A DNA stretch of 64,000 bases, taken from positions 20,832,001 through 20,896,000 of the forward strand of contig NC_043001.1 in assembly GCF_006345805.1 (NCBI RefSeq), written 5' to 3'. Shown one piece after another: positions 12,035-24,301 of the stretch. A program made the translations under genes and the position numbers. A model generated the notes under the pieces. That model saw nothing but the letters and a program-made list of their open reading frames with translations, was not told the origin of the DNA and searched no databases. Position 1 is the first letter of the stretch. The number at the start of each line of letters is the position of its first letter. Origin of the DNA: Octopus sinensis (Eukaryota).

Positions 12035-13306
12035 CAGGGGTTGGACAAAATAATGGAAACACCTTAAAATTTCAAACAAATTTATTTTAATATTGGGTAA
12101 GACTGCCTTTGGCAGTAATTACAGCTTGAATTCTATAAGATATGGACTCGTACAGAGTTTGAATTGTTTCCAAAAGAATTTTTGTCCATTCTTCAGCTAA
12201 AACAGTCTCCAGTTCTTGTAGTGATGATGGTAGAGGATATTGACTCCTTAATTGCTTTTCTAAAATGCACCATAAATGTTCAATAATATTGAGATCTGGG
12301 GACTGTGGGAGCCAGATAAGATGTTCAAATTCACTAGAATGTTTCTTGTGCCATTCAGTAACAACTTTAGGTGTGTGAATTGGTGCATTATCATCCTGAA
12401 AGATTGCGTTTCCCTCCAGAAATAGTTCCACAACCATAGGATGAATTTGATCAGATAAAATGCTTAAATAGTCTTGACTATTAATTCTGCTATGAAGGGA
12501 AACCATTGGGCCAGCAGATTTCCAAGATATAGCCCCCACATCAACACAGATCCTCCTCCATGTTTAACAGTTGGAAGAAGACAGTCTGGGTCAAATGCTT
12601 CTTTTGGCTGTCTCCACATGTATACTCAGCTGGTGGTTGGACATATTGTAAAGGATGACTTGTGTGAGTAAATAACATTCTACCACTGCTCTAGGGAGCA
12701 ATTCTGTAGGTTTTTACTCCACTCTAAACGCTTTGTAACGTTTAATTTTGAAGGTAGTGGTTTTCTGATTACAGCCCTCCAGTGAAATCCGGCTTTGTGC
12801 AGCTCCTGGTGAACAGTTTTTGTGGAAACTGGGTTCTTGAGGTGGTTATTAAGTTCTGCAGTAATTTTGGGAGCTGTACTTTTGTGATCCTTTCTAACTA
12901 TTCACATAAGAGCCCGACGGTTCTTATCTGAAAGTTTTGGTTTTCTTCCAGAGTTTTGTTTCGACAAAAAGATTTCTCCCTCTTTCTCAAAGGCTGTCAT
13001 TACTTTCGAGACAGTACTTCTTGATGCACCAAACATTTCGGCTGTTTTTGTTACACTAGCAGCTGCCATATGAGCACCAACAATTTGACATCTTTGAAAG
13101 TCAGCTAGATCTGTCATTTTAATGAATTTTAATTACCTTTTTCTGATGATATCTGAAAAGAAACAACAATTTTAGCAAAACATATTAAGCAACACTAATA
13201 ATAATAAAAAAAAATATAAAAATAAAAATCTTTTGACAGTTTTATAGATATTTCAAAATTATGATGCTATGATGCTAGGTGTTTCCATTATTTTGACCAA
13301 CCCCTG
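12035..13306 (-). mobile_element. Full-length Tc1-like DNA transposon (DD36E type), 1272 bp
   Basis: 30-bp TIRs CAGGGGTTGG(A/T)CAAAATAATGGAAACACCT at 12035-12064 and 13277-13306 (1 mismatch); TA duplications at both ends; transposase inside. Confidence 0.95.
12087..13117 (-). pseudogene. Tc1-like transposase pseudogene (stops and frameshifts)
   Basis: HTH start MTDLADFQRCQIVGAHMAAASVTKTAEMFG...GRKPKLS; W*NVIYSHKSSF (decayed SDESSF); PTVKHGGGSVLMWG; FQDDNAPIH...QSPDLNIIEHLW. Confidence 0.92.
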
Positions 13307-13396
13307 TATATATATTTATATATGAGTGTGTGTATATATGAAAATGTATATGTGTGTGAATGCATGAGTGTGTGTGTGTATGTGTGTGTATTTAGG

Positions 13397-13496
13397 NNNN
13401 NNNNNNNNNNNNNNNNNNNNNNNNNNNNNNNNNNNNNNNNNNNNNNNNNNNNNNNNNNNNNNNNNNNNNNNNNNNNNNNNNNNNNNNNNNNNNNNN
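13397..13496. other. Assembly gap (100 N)
   Basis: Run of N; true length unknown. Confidence 1.
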
Positions 13497-13499
13497 ATA

Positions 13500-13575
13500 C
13501 AGTCAAGTACTCAAGTACCAGTCAAGTACTCAAGTACCAGTCAAGTACTGAAGTACCAGTCAAGTACTGAGTACT
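13500..13575. repeat. 19-bp minisatellite (CAGTCAAGTACTCAAGTAC) x~4 abutting the gap
   Basis: Seen directly. Confidence 0.85.
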
Positions 13576-13910
13576 GTGAAGGCGCATGGCCCAGTGGTTA
13601 GAGCGTTGAGCTTACGATCGTGAGGTTGTGAGTTCAAATCCCAGACTGGGCTACGTGTTGTGTTCTTGAGCAAGACACTTTACTTCACGTTGCTCCAGTT
13701 CACTCAGTTGTAGAAATGAGTTGTAACATCACAGGTGCCAAGCTGTATCGGCCCTTGCCTTTCCCTTGGATAACACAGGTGGCGTGGAGAGGGGAGGCCG
13801 GTATGCATGGGCGACTGCTGGCCTTCTATAAACAACCTTGCCTGGACTTGTGCCTGGAAGGGTAACTTTCTAGGTGCAATCCCATGGTCAGTCATGACCG
13901 AAGGGGGTCT
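13576..13910 (+). mobile_element. tRNA-headed SINE family A copy (variant tail)
   Basis: GGCGCATGGCCCAGTGGTTAGAGC A box, GAGTTCAAATCCC B box, TGTGTTCTTGAGCAAGACACTT central motif. The same tail is on the minus strand at 29705-30270. Confidence 0.8.
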
Positions 13911-15504
13911 AAGTCGCAACTGAGTTTGATCCTCCTTTGCCACTCCTTACCTTCCTCCCACCTGCCACTTCTACTTTGCTTGACAACTGTACTTAACACT
14001 TTCTTACCTGGTTTAACAGTTGCCCAATACAGCAGTCAGTCTTTGCCCTTGACCCTTTCAGCCTGCTTTCTCACACTATCAATGCCTCCACTCCACTTGA
14101 CTACCACGTTTTGCACTGACACAGATACACACATACACTAATATACATACATGCACTCACTTTTCAATCTACTCCTTATTTTCTCCCCTTGTGTTACACT
14201 CTACTCACTTCTGCATCTGCCACATGTCAATCCATGACATCAGTTCACTTCTGTCCCTAACATGTGGTAATCCAGTTCACTTACATTTCTTCACAACCTA
14301 TTTCACCTCTGAAATTCTCCACTGGATTTTATCACTTCACCATCTTAAGACTCCTTCCTACTGTGTAACATACTAATTTTGCAAAATCCTTTTAAATGAA
14401 ATAACACTTTTCTCTGCGCTTTCATCGTTTGCATGTGACATGTACAGCAAACAATTTTCTGTTATCTTGTAACCTACACAGACTCTCCACTTGTGCTTCT
14501 TGCCTCTTGTCTCTTTTTTACCAACCACCTTTTCTCATTCTTTTTACTTTTTCCACTGACTTTTTTACTTTATTTATTTATTTTTTTCCTGATGAAGGCC
14601 TTGTGTCCGAAATGTCAACATACTTTCCCTTCTTTTTAAGTGTTAAACTAATACAGCATTTGTTAAAATTTGTCCCTCATGTGTTGTCTTCTTTATGAGC
14701 TCATTAAGTTACACACACATACACACACATGTACACGTATATGTATGTGTGTATATGTATGTATATATATAAAACTTTTAACTTTAAAAATTTTAACTTT
14801 TTGCCTAGGGCAACCCCACAGCAATATCATATCTTCTCCACTATTTCAGTATTACGTGTTAAAAGTGAAACAAAAACATCTCTTTATTGTAATGCAGACA
14901 CTTTCATTTTAATACTGAAACTATTAAAGTGAAAGTATTATATAACAGGGATGAACCATTAACAAGTTGTCATCCATTTTGCTAGAAGAAGATACACTAT
15001 GGTCTTATATGCTACACCACTGGTTTTCAATTCATATTAATCAAATTAATATTCAATTTTTCACCCTTATTATGTGTGTGTGTGTGTGTATTAGCAATTC
15101 GTATAAAATTGCATCAATGACTTCAACTTGAATAAGTGGTTTCACATAAATGGGATAAATTAAAAAGGTTTGTTGTTATTATTATTACTGTTTGACTATT
15201 GTAATCACGTTTGTTGGTTCCTCGTAAGGGAAACGTTGTTGTGTTGCATTTGTTAAATAATTGTAAACCGTAACCCTCCCCCTTTCGGAGAAGGGGCTTT
15301 GGTTATTGTTTAAAAATTGAATTGTGTCCCTGTTTGGGGAAATTGACAATATTTTCACCGTCTTTATGGCAAAAGAGACCGATAGAATATGTACTAGGCT
15401 TACAAAGAATAAGTCCCGGGGTCGATTTGCTCGACTAAAGGCAGTGCTCCAGCATGGCTACTGTCAAATGACTGAAACAAGTAAAAGTGAGTATATATAT
15501 ATAT

Positions 15505-17125
15505 TTCCGTTTCAGCTCAGAGCTGCAGCCATGCAGATGCACCGCCGTTTTGTGCTACACTGTTATTACTAAAAGCCTCCTCTAATATGTGGCACTTGGT
15601 GAAGAATGGAGTTTGATATAGCTACCCTCATTTGCACCTCTTGCCGTGACTCTCGACAGGAAGATGTCCAGCTTTGATTTAAAAACTGCTACATCTACTT
15701 TGTGCAAGTTCCTCAGACCCTTTGGAAGAATATTAAAAAGCTGTGGGCCCTTGAAACCCAGGCTGTTGCAGTAGCTGGTCCTGAAGCGTGATGGCATTGC
15801 TGGGATCTTTGGCATATGCAGTGTTGTCCTGTTCTAGCATTGGTGTAGCTTGCAATGCCAAAATTTGGCACAATTCCTTCCAGGATCTTCCAGATATATA
15901 TTACTGCATACCTCTCCTGTCTTCTCTCCAGGGAGTAGAGTCTTAGCTGTTTCAACCTTTCCCTGTAGCTGAGCTGTTGGAAAGAGACGATCTTCTTTGT
16001 GAATCTTCTCTGGATTGCTTCAAGGTCCTCTGTTAATTTCACACTGGTGGGTGACCATAGCTGTGAGCAGTATCCAGGCGGCTGAGGACGAATGCCCATC
16101 AGAGGACCATCACGGTTTCCTTATCTCTGGTTCTGAATGATCTTAGGATCCATCCAGCCAGTCGTCTGCACTTTGTCACCATCCTGGTGATGTGCACTTG
16201 GAAAGAGGTATCATCACTCATGTCAATACCCAGATCCCTCACAGACTTAGGCTCTGGGATTGAAATTCCCTGTGGACCGGTGTACCCTGTAAGTTTAATA
16301 TTCAGTTTTGGATGCTGGTAGCGCAGAGCTGGAATTTTTCAGCATTAAAGTGCATATCATTATCCTCAGCCCATCTGTAGATTGAGTCCAACTCCTGCTG
16401 CAGGTGTGCAACATCGCTGGGGTTCTGTATTTTCTGCGAGACTTTCGTATCATCTGCATAGCTTGCCAGAGTGGCTATCCGGGCATTTGAGGGCATATCA
16501 GAGAGGGCCACTATAAAAAGCAGTGGTCCCAAGACAGTGTGTGTTCATAGAGGTGGCTCCATTAACCACTACTGCCTGACTCCTATCTTTCAGGAAGTCA
16601 TGTAACCACACTCCAAGTTTTCCAGCTATGCCGAGGTCATGCAGTTTGTGGCATATCATACCATGAACCACCTTGTCAAAAGCTTTTGCAAAATCAAGGT
16701 ATATTATGTCCACATTTGATTTGTTGAGTAACTGTCTCAACACATCAGTCATAATGTTGTAAGAGCTGGGTCAGGCAGCTCCTACCTGGTCGAAAACCAT
16801 GCTGGGTATCACTCAGCAAGTTATTTTCCTCAAGGAATGCGATTAGTTTCTTTCTGACTATCTGTTCCATGACTTTGCTGATGTGTGAAGTCAGAGAGAT
16901 AGGCCTATAGTTTTTGGCATCTGCTCTACTTCCCCCTTTATGTATTGGGCATATTATTCCCTCCTTCAGCTTGCTTGGCAGTTTGCCATTTGTAAGAAAG
17001 CTCTGGAAGAGAATCTTGATGGGGTTTTGCAAGGGCTTGCTTACACGCTTTGAGGAGGATTGCTGGGAAACCATCAGGACCAGCAGTGAGTTTGTGTCCA
17101 CTTCATCTATGGCTAGTAGTACATC

Positions 17126-17129
<4 letters not shown>
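15505..17129 (-). mobile_element. CR1-clade LINE, 5'-truncated, reverse transcriptase pseudogene
   Basis: KNYRPISLTSHISKVMEQIV...QHGFRPGRSCLTQL; VDIIYLDFAKAFDKV; GPLLFIV...YADDTK; YCSQLWSP...LEAIQRRFTKKI...LYSLERRQERY. Multiple frameshifts. Confidence 0.93.
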
Positions 17130-17160
<31 letters not shown>

Positions 17161-17247
17161 TAATAATAAATATTAGGGAATAAATCCAATCCAAACTTAC
17201 AGGGAAAAATCAGATTTAGGATTGAAACCAATTTTATAGTAAAATAT

Positions 17248-17370
17248 TATATTATATTAAATTAGAGACAAAACCACTATTAGCAAATCATACAATGAAA
17301 AACTTAAGCCAATACTGGCTTAAGTTTTTCATTGTATGATTTGCCTAATAGTGGTTTTGTCTCTAATTTA

Positions 17371-17380
<10 letters not shown>
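17248..17380. repeat. Near-perfect hairpin (~64-bp arms, 4-nt loop) embedded in (TA)n
   Basis: 17248-17311 is the reverse complement of 17316-17380, with one indel. Confidence 0.9.
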
Positions 17381-17401
<21 letters not shown>

Positions 17402-17999
17402 CTGTGTGTGTGTGTGTGTGTGTGTGTGCATGCTATGGATGTACATATGGACAACTGTAAATGAACATGTACACATATATGAATACAAGTATGCTATTAT
17501 GTCTACATGCGTGTTTAATCTTTAAACATCTACTTTCAACCAATTATATTCATAACATTACACGTTTCATATACTTCTTTATTCCATTATTCTTTCTCTC
17601 CAACCTAACAAAACAACATGCTACTAACAACCTACACACACACACACATTACTTCAAAGTCACTCACACATTCTTCTTACTACCATGCTTTAGTATAAGT
17701 ACATATGTCTTACGTTTGATTTTATACTTATTTTTCTTTCTTGTTTTTTTTCCTTTTTGTATTGCATCATATCTTTTATCCTCTATTTGTTTCAGCTGTT
17801 GGACTGTGGTCATGCTGGGGCACCACCTTGAAGGATTTACTCAACAAATTGACGCCCACTGTTTATTTTTTTAAAAGTCTGATCCTTATTATATTGGCAT
17901 CTTTTGCTGAACCACTAAGTTACAAGAACGAAAACAAACCAACACCACTATCCAAGTGATAGTGGGGGACAAACACAAACACCAAGACAGAAATTCAAA

Positions 18000-18047
<48 letters not shown>

Positions 18048-18204
18048 TACACTCATACATATTTATAATAGACTTCCACACAGTTTCCAATATCCAAAGC
18101 ATTGGTCTACTCAAGGACTATAGTACAAGATATTCAAGGTGTCATACAGTGGGACTGAACCTGGAACTGCATAATTGCAAAGCATGCACTCATGCATCCG
18201 TCCA

Positions 18205-18800
18205 TACATGTATGCTGGTGGCATGTAAAAAGCCCCTTTCGAGCACTGGGCCTCATAGAGACAATACCTATTTCTTTACTACCCACAAGGGGCTAAACAC
18301 AGAGGGGACAAACAAGGACCGACAAACGGATTAAGTCAATTACATCGACCCCAATGCTCAACTGGTACTTAATTTATTGACCCCGAAAGGATGAAAGGCA
18401 AAGTTGACCTTGACGGAATTTGAACTCAGAACATAAAGACAGACGAAATACTGCTAAGCATTTCGCTCGGTGTGCTAACGTTTCTGCCAGCTCGCCGCCT
18501 TCATGGAGGCAATACCAAATGACTGACCTTTGGCAATATACTGTCTTGAGAAGAAGACCCATCAAGCTAAATAAAATAGTAGTCGTGGCTGATGCTTGTG
18601 TCACGTAACTGGCACCCACACCGATGGCATGTAAAAGCACCCACTACACTCTTGGAGTGGTTGGCATTAGGAAGGGCATCCAGCCATAGAAACAAAGCCA
18701 AATCAAACTGGAGTCTAGTGCAGCCCTTTGGCTTACCAACTATGACCAAACAGTCCAACCCATACCAGCATGGAAAATAGACATTAAATGATAATGATGA
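18205..18800 (+). mobile_element. Family D copy interrupted by a minus-strand SINE C (18267-18500)
   Basis: TSD TCAT(A/G)GAG(A/G)CAATACC on both sides of the SINE C. Confidence 0.75.
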
Positions 18801-19164
18801 TGGTGGTGGCGGTGGTGGTGGTGGTGGTGGTGGTAGTGATATATATACATGCATTAGCAGTGTTTATTTTAGATCCTAAAGTTTATTATGGGGTATAGAT
18901 TTTTGCTGTCACTGTATATGTAAACAAATTAAAATTAATTAGATACTTTTGACAATCATAAATGGCTCTCCTATTTATGCAATTTCAGTTTTCCTCAATT
19001 TGACCTGACAGCACAGACTGTCCAATGCGCCTGATCTATACTAATTAGCTTACACATGCAGTGAAGACTAAAATTTATGGAAATAACTCACAGTCAACTT
19101 TATATGTGGGTGTGTATGTAGTATGTGTACTTATCTGTGTGTATGTATATGTATGTGTATGGAC

Positions 19165-19525
19165 ATGTTCACTGAGGACTGGCAAGCCAGAAGGTTGTGC
19201 CAGGCTCCAATCTGATCTGGCATGGTTTGTTTCTACAGCTGGATGTCCTTCCTAACACCAACCACTCCGAGAGTGTAGAGGGAGCTTTTTACGTGCCACT
19301 GGCATGGGAGCCAGTCAGGGGTCTCTGGCATCAACCATGTTCTGATGGTGCTTTTTATGTGCTACTGGCATGGGAGCCAGTCAGATGGACCTGGCATCGA
19401 CCATGTTCAAATGGTGCTTTTTACGTGCCACCAGCACAGGAGCCAGTCAGGGGGCACTGGTATCGACCATGTTTGGATGGTGCTTTTTATGTGCCACCGA
19501 CACAGGAGCCAGTCAGGGAGCACTG
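19165..19525 (-). mobile_element. Family D copy with four tandem ~62-bp modules
   Basis: GGTGCTTTTTACGTGCCAC...GGAGCCAGTCAG repeated four times. Confidence 0.8.
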
Positions 19526-19903
19526 TATGCACATATGTGTGTGTGTATGTGCATGCAATGTGTGTGTATGTGTGTGCGTGTGTATAGCAAAGAGTGAATG
19601 GCTTAGCGGTTAGAGTATTTGGCTCATGATTGTAAGGTCGTCAGTTTGATTCCCAGTGACATGCTGTGTCCTTGAGCAAGACACTTTATTTCACATTGTT
19701 CCAGTCCATTCAGCTGGTAAAAATGAATAGCACTTCTATTTCAAAGAGCCAGCCTTATCACATTCTGCATCACGTTAGAACTCCCTGAGAACTACGTTAA
19801 GGGTATGCACGTCTGAGGAATGCTCAGCCACTTACATGTTAATTTTGCAAGCAGGTTGATCCACTGATCAGATCAACTGGAGCATTCATCATCTTAACCG
19901 TTG

Positions 19904-19935
<32 letters not shown>

Positions 19936-19980
19936 GATCAATAAATGGTGGGGTTGTGTTGACCGCACGTGGAGAAATGA

Positions 19981-20174
19981 TAAGCAAGGAAAAATTGTAA
20001 AAATGCAGAATGCTAAATTGAAAGAAAATTTTAATGAAATGAGAAATTGATAAAATATATAAATATATATTAATTATATATTATATAAAATATATAATAT
20101 ATTTTATCAATTTCTCATTTCATTAAAATTTTCTTTCAATTTAGCATTCTGCATTTTTACAATTTTTCCTTGCT

Positions 20175-20176
<2 letters not shown>
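19981..20176. repeat. 80-bp perfect inverted repeat embedded in (TA)n
   Basis: 19981-20060 is the reverse complement of 20097-20176; 36-bp AT-only spacer. Confidence 0.92.
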
Positions 20177-20231
<55 letters not shown>

Positions 20232-20905
20232 CATCATAATCATCATCATCATCATTGTTTAACGCCCGCTTTCCATGATGGCATGGGTTGGACGGTTTGA
20301 AATGAGGACTGTGCCACCTGCACAGGAGCCAGTCCAGCGGCACTGGCAATGACCTCGCTCAAATGTTGTTTTTCATGCGCCACTGGCACAAGTGCCAGTA
20401 ATGCAACACTGGTTATGATCACACTCAAATGGTGCTTTTTATGAGCCACCAGCACAGGAGCCAGTCAGTAGCCCTGGCAACGATCACAATCACGTTTGGA
20501 TTGTGCTTTTAATGTTCCACTGGCATGGTTGCCAGTCAGGCAGTGCCTTTATCAACCACGTCAGCAAATTTCTCTGGAGAGAAATTCTTTGTAATATTCC
20601 ATATGCCATTAAGGCGGTGGGCCAGCAGAATCATTAGCACACTGGGTAGAATGCTTTGCAGCTTTTCATCCAGCTTTACATTCTGAGTTCAAATTCTGCT
20701 GAGGTCAACTTTGCTTTCCGTCCTTTCAGGGTCACTAAAATTAGTGCCAGTCCAGCACTTGGATTGATGTAATCAACTTAGCCTCGCCTCTGTAATTACT
20801 GGCCTTATGCCACACAATATGAAATCAATATTACATATGTCACTGACTACATACACACAGAATTGTATGTGTGTGTGTTTATGTGTGCATATGTGTGTGT
20901 GTGTA

Positions 20906-20936
<31 letters not shown>

Positions 20937-21031
20937 TGTGTGTGTGTGTGTGCATGAGAAAAAGAGGAGGGGAGATAGAGAGACTAATAAGAATTTCAGT
21001 TTGCTGTTAAATTTAAACAATAATATTCTTG

Positions 21032-21206
21032 AGAGTGGCTGTGTGGTTAGTAGCTTGCTTACGAACCACATGGTTCCGGGATCAGTCTCACTGCGTGGCA
21101 CCTTGGGCAAGTGTCTTCTACTATAGCCTTGGGCTGCCCAAAGCCTTGTGAGTGGATTTGGTTGACGGAAACTGAAAGAAGCCCATCGTATATATATGTA
21201 TATACA

Positions 21207-21272
<66 letters not shown>

Positions 21273-21506
21273 GTATGTGTGTGTGTATATGTTTGTGTGT
21301 CTGTGTTTGTCCCCCCCCAACATCGCTTGACAACCGATGCTGGTGTGTTTACGTCCCCTTAACTTAGTGCTTTGGCAAAAAGAAACTGATAGAATAAGTA
21401 TAAGGCTTACAAAGAATAAGTCCTGGGGTCGATTTGCTCGACTAAAGGTGGTGCTCCAGCATGCCCGCAGTCAAATGACTGAAACAAGTAAAAGAGTAAA
21501 AGAGTA
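21032..21506 (+). mobile_element. SINE family B copy with expanded internal (TA)n
   Basis: Matches the family B consensus. Confidence 0.85.
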
Positions 21507-22564
21507 ATCAAATAGCATACTTATATAATCTTCATTTTAATTACCTTCTATACATGTTTGGCCCTTCTTTTAATTAATTAGCTCTTGCACAGAGCCCTTA
21601 ATGATTTCATTGTCAAGTTCACTTAATTATATAATTAGTTTTCAAAGCATCTATCTTGTATGGAAACTGGTTTTGTTAATGCAAGCTGCATAACTATGTG
21701 GTAAGGGGAAAAAATAATCAGTTAATAAGACTCTTTTATCAGTGCCACTTCTCAAATTACAGCTATTCAGTAGATAAAGCCACTCAAGAAAAAACATATT
21801 TGTTGTATGTTATTTATAACATACACAAATATCTTTTTAATGTATTGTCAGGATCTTTAGAACAATGAATACTGTCATACAATATTTTAGCTCTGGTCAT
21901 TAAAATTTTGAGCTGCAATGCCACCTTGGACAATTTAGCTTCTGTCTTTCTGGAGTTGATAAAATAAAGTGCCAGTCAAGTACTGGAATTAATTAATTGA
22001 CTATAATTACCCTTCATCCTAATCTTTAATTGTATTTTTGTGCTAGTGTTAGAAATCCTTTATAAATCAGATTAAAGATGAGTAGAATGACCTAATTACA
22101 AAAGCATTGTTTATTTTGCTATCTCAGTCTAGCAGAAAGGACTCCCCCATGCCTATATCCGGTATAATTTAGCTGAGACTAATGAAACTGATACCATTAA
22201 TATTCCACCTGAAGTACAGCTAGTTAACAAGTGCAGGAATTCCAAAATACTGGGGAAGAAGTCAACTCAATTGGGGCCAACTCAGTGCTAAATAATATAC
22301 TTGTTTTCTTATCTTCTAGGAAAATATTGAGTTGTCAGATAAGTTCCTTTGTTTCTTCCCAATGTTATTTGAATTAAATGCAAAAAATATTCTTACCAAA
22401 TGTACGTATTTTTTCCTCTGATAATATTGCGCTCATGTCAGATTGATGTAAATTTAATGGTTATTGGGTGTCGGTTGAGATGGCTGTGGGTGAGGATGAT
22501 CAGTTTGCTGTTAGTAGTGAGCAATTATTAACTTCCCAGTCTCCATTTTCTTAACCAGTCCACT

Positions 22565-22980
22565 TATGCATACCTTTCCTTCTTGGGACACAAAACCCTG
22601 CTTGCGAAGACCTGTTGAAGCAAGTGAAATTGAAATCGATCAAAAATCAATGGAAATTGTAGTTGAGGTTCTTGTGCCGGTGGCATGTAAAAGAACCATC
22701 CGAATGTGGCCGTTGCCAGCGCCACCTCGACTGGCCTCTGTGCCGGTGGCACATAAAAAGCACCAACCAATCATGGCCATTGCCAGCCTCGCCTGGCACG
22801 TAAAAAGCACCCACTACACTCACGGAGTGGTTGGCGTTAGGAAGAGCATCCAGCTGTAGAAACACTGCCAGATCAGACTGGGCCTGGTGCAGCCTTCTGG
22901 CTTCCCAGACCCCGGTTGAACCGTCCAACCCATGCTAGCATGGAAAGCGGACGTTAAACGATGATGATGATGATGATGAT
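22565..22980 (+). mobile_element. Family D copy with extended 5' part
   Basis: Three modules, the core and a (GAT)n tail. Confidence 0.8.
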
Positions 22981-23602
22981 AATGTTATTTCGCTTTCTTT
23001 TGTAGCTTTATTCTTCCTCTACAGTTCGTTGCTGGGCCTTACAGGCTGCGGGGTGCGACCCATAACGTTTTGTCGTGTGTTTCTATGACTTAGTTTCAGT
23101 TTAAATCAAAGTTCTAATTTTTTCAAACGATATATAAAATACATATTATTTAAGCAAATTTTTAATATTTATACTATGCGAACTCATGTAACATCTTTGT
23201 CTTTTGTTTGTCTTGTATTGTCCCATTCTATGTAAGATCACCATGATCATAATAAAGATATTCTACAACTTTTGTTTATCACTTTGAAATTTTGATTAAA
23301 TTTTACTTCTTTTCAAGACAAAAAAAAAACATGAGCATTTTCAACACCTGTTTCTCCTTACTTTCAGTCAAGATTCCAACAGTACCAAAGTCATTTGAGA
23401 CATTTACACTGTGTATAGGGAGGATGCTATTACTGTAAGAATGACACAGAAATCGTTTCCATGTTTTAAGGCAGGGAAATTCAACATCACAAACACTATG
23501 CATTTACATTATATAACCATCTCTCACTTTCTCTTATTTTCCTGTCGCCTCTCTTTCCATATATATATATATATATATTTAATGGATGTTAAACGATGAT
23601 GA

Positions 23603-23926
23603 CGAATGGCTGGGAAGTGCTGCCACACCCGCCGTACTCTCCTGATTTGGCACCAATGGAACTCCACCTCTTTCAATCTCTTTCAAATTCTATGCACAGA
23701 GTTTTGTTCAATACTGATGTAGAATTCAGAGCTTGGTTGGATCAATCTTTCAAGTCGAAATGAGGTATTGAAAATCTACCAATGAGGTATTGAAAATCTT
23801 GCTGAACGTTGGGAAGAAGTTGTAAACAACAAGGGTGAATACATTATTGATTAATTAGTTGGTATTTTTTCTTAAACCTTTAAAAAAATTAAAATTTAAA
23901 AAAACGGCGGGAACTTAGTTGCCAAC

Positions 23927-23930
<4 letters not shown>
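23603..23930 (+). mobile_element. Mariner 3' fragment with TIR
   Basis: GWEVLPHPPYSPDLAPMELHLFQSLSNSM ... ERWEEVVNNKGEYIID*; terminus GGAACTTAGTTGCCAACCCAA followed by TA. Confidence 0.85.
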
Positions 23931-23970
<40 letters not shown>

Positions 23971-23971
<1 letters not shown>

Positions 23972-24210
23972 CGGGAAGCTTTATGAAAATAGACAAAAGA
24001 TGAAGGCAGGTTTACGGAAATAAACAAAAGACGAAGGCAGGTGGAATACAAACAAACAATTGTATTAGTATGGCACTCAGGAAATATAAATAAACAAGTC
24101 TTTAACGTTTCGAGCCTACGCTCTTCAACAGAAAGATACACAGAGAAGAAACACAGAAAGAAGGAGAGAAAAAAATGCGTGCAGAGGCTAGCGAATCAAC
24201 ATGGCGATCT
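23971..24210 (-). mobile_element. Penelope-like terminal fragment containing a hammerhead motif
   Basis: Inserted in (TA)n; carries the minimal type-I hammerhead fold at 24099-24136. Confidence 0.6.
24099..24136 (-). ncRNA. Minimal type-I hammerhead ribozyme-like motif
   Basis: TCTTT-CTGTTGA-A-GAGC(GTAG)GCTC-GAAA-CGTT-AAAGA: 5-bp helix I, 4-bp helix II, palindromic AACGTT helix III; core A6 replaced by U. Confidence 0.65.
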
Positions 24211-24252
24211 GGCGATATATGGCGATATATATATTGGCGATATATATATTGG

Positions 24253-24301
<49 letters not shown>

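Noticed and set aside
19280-19520. Regularly spaced repeats resembling a CRISPR array
   Set aside because: Eukaryotic context, spacers are homologous to each other, no cas genes; these are SINE D internal modules.
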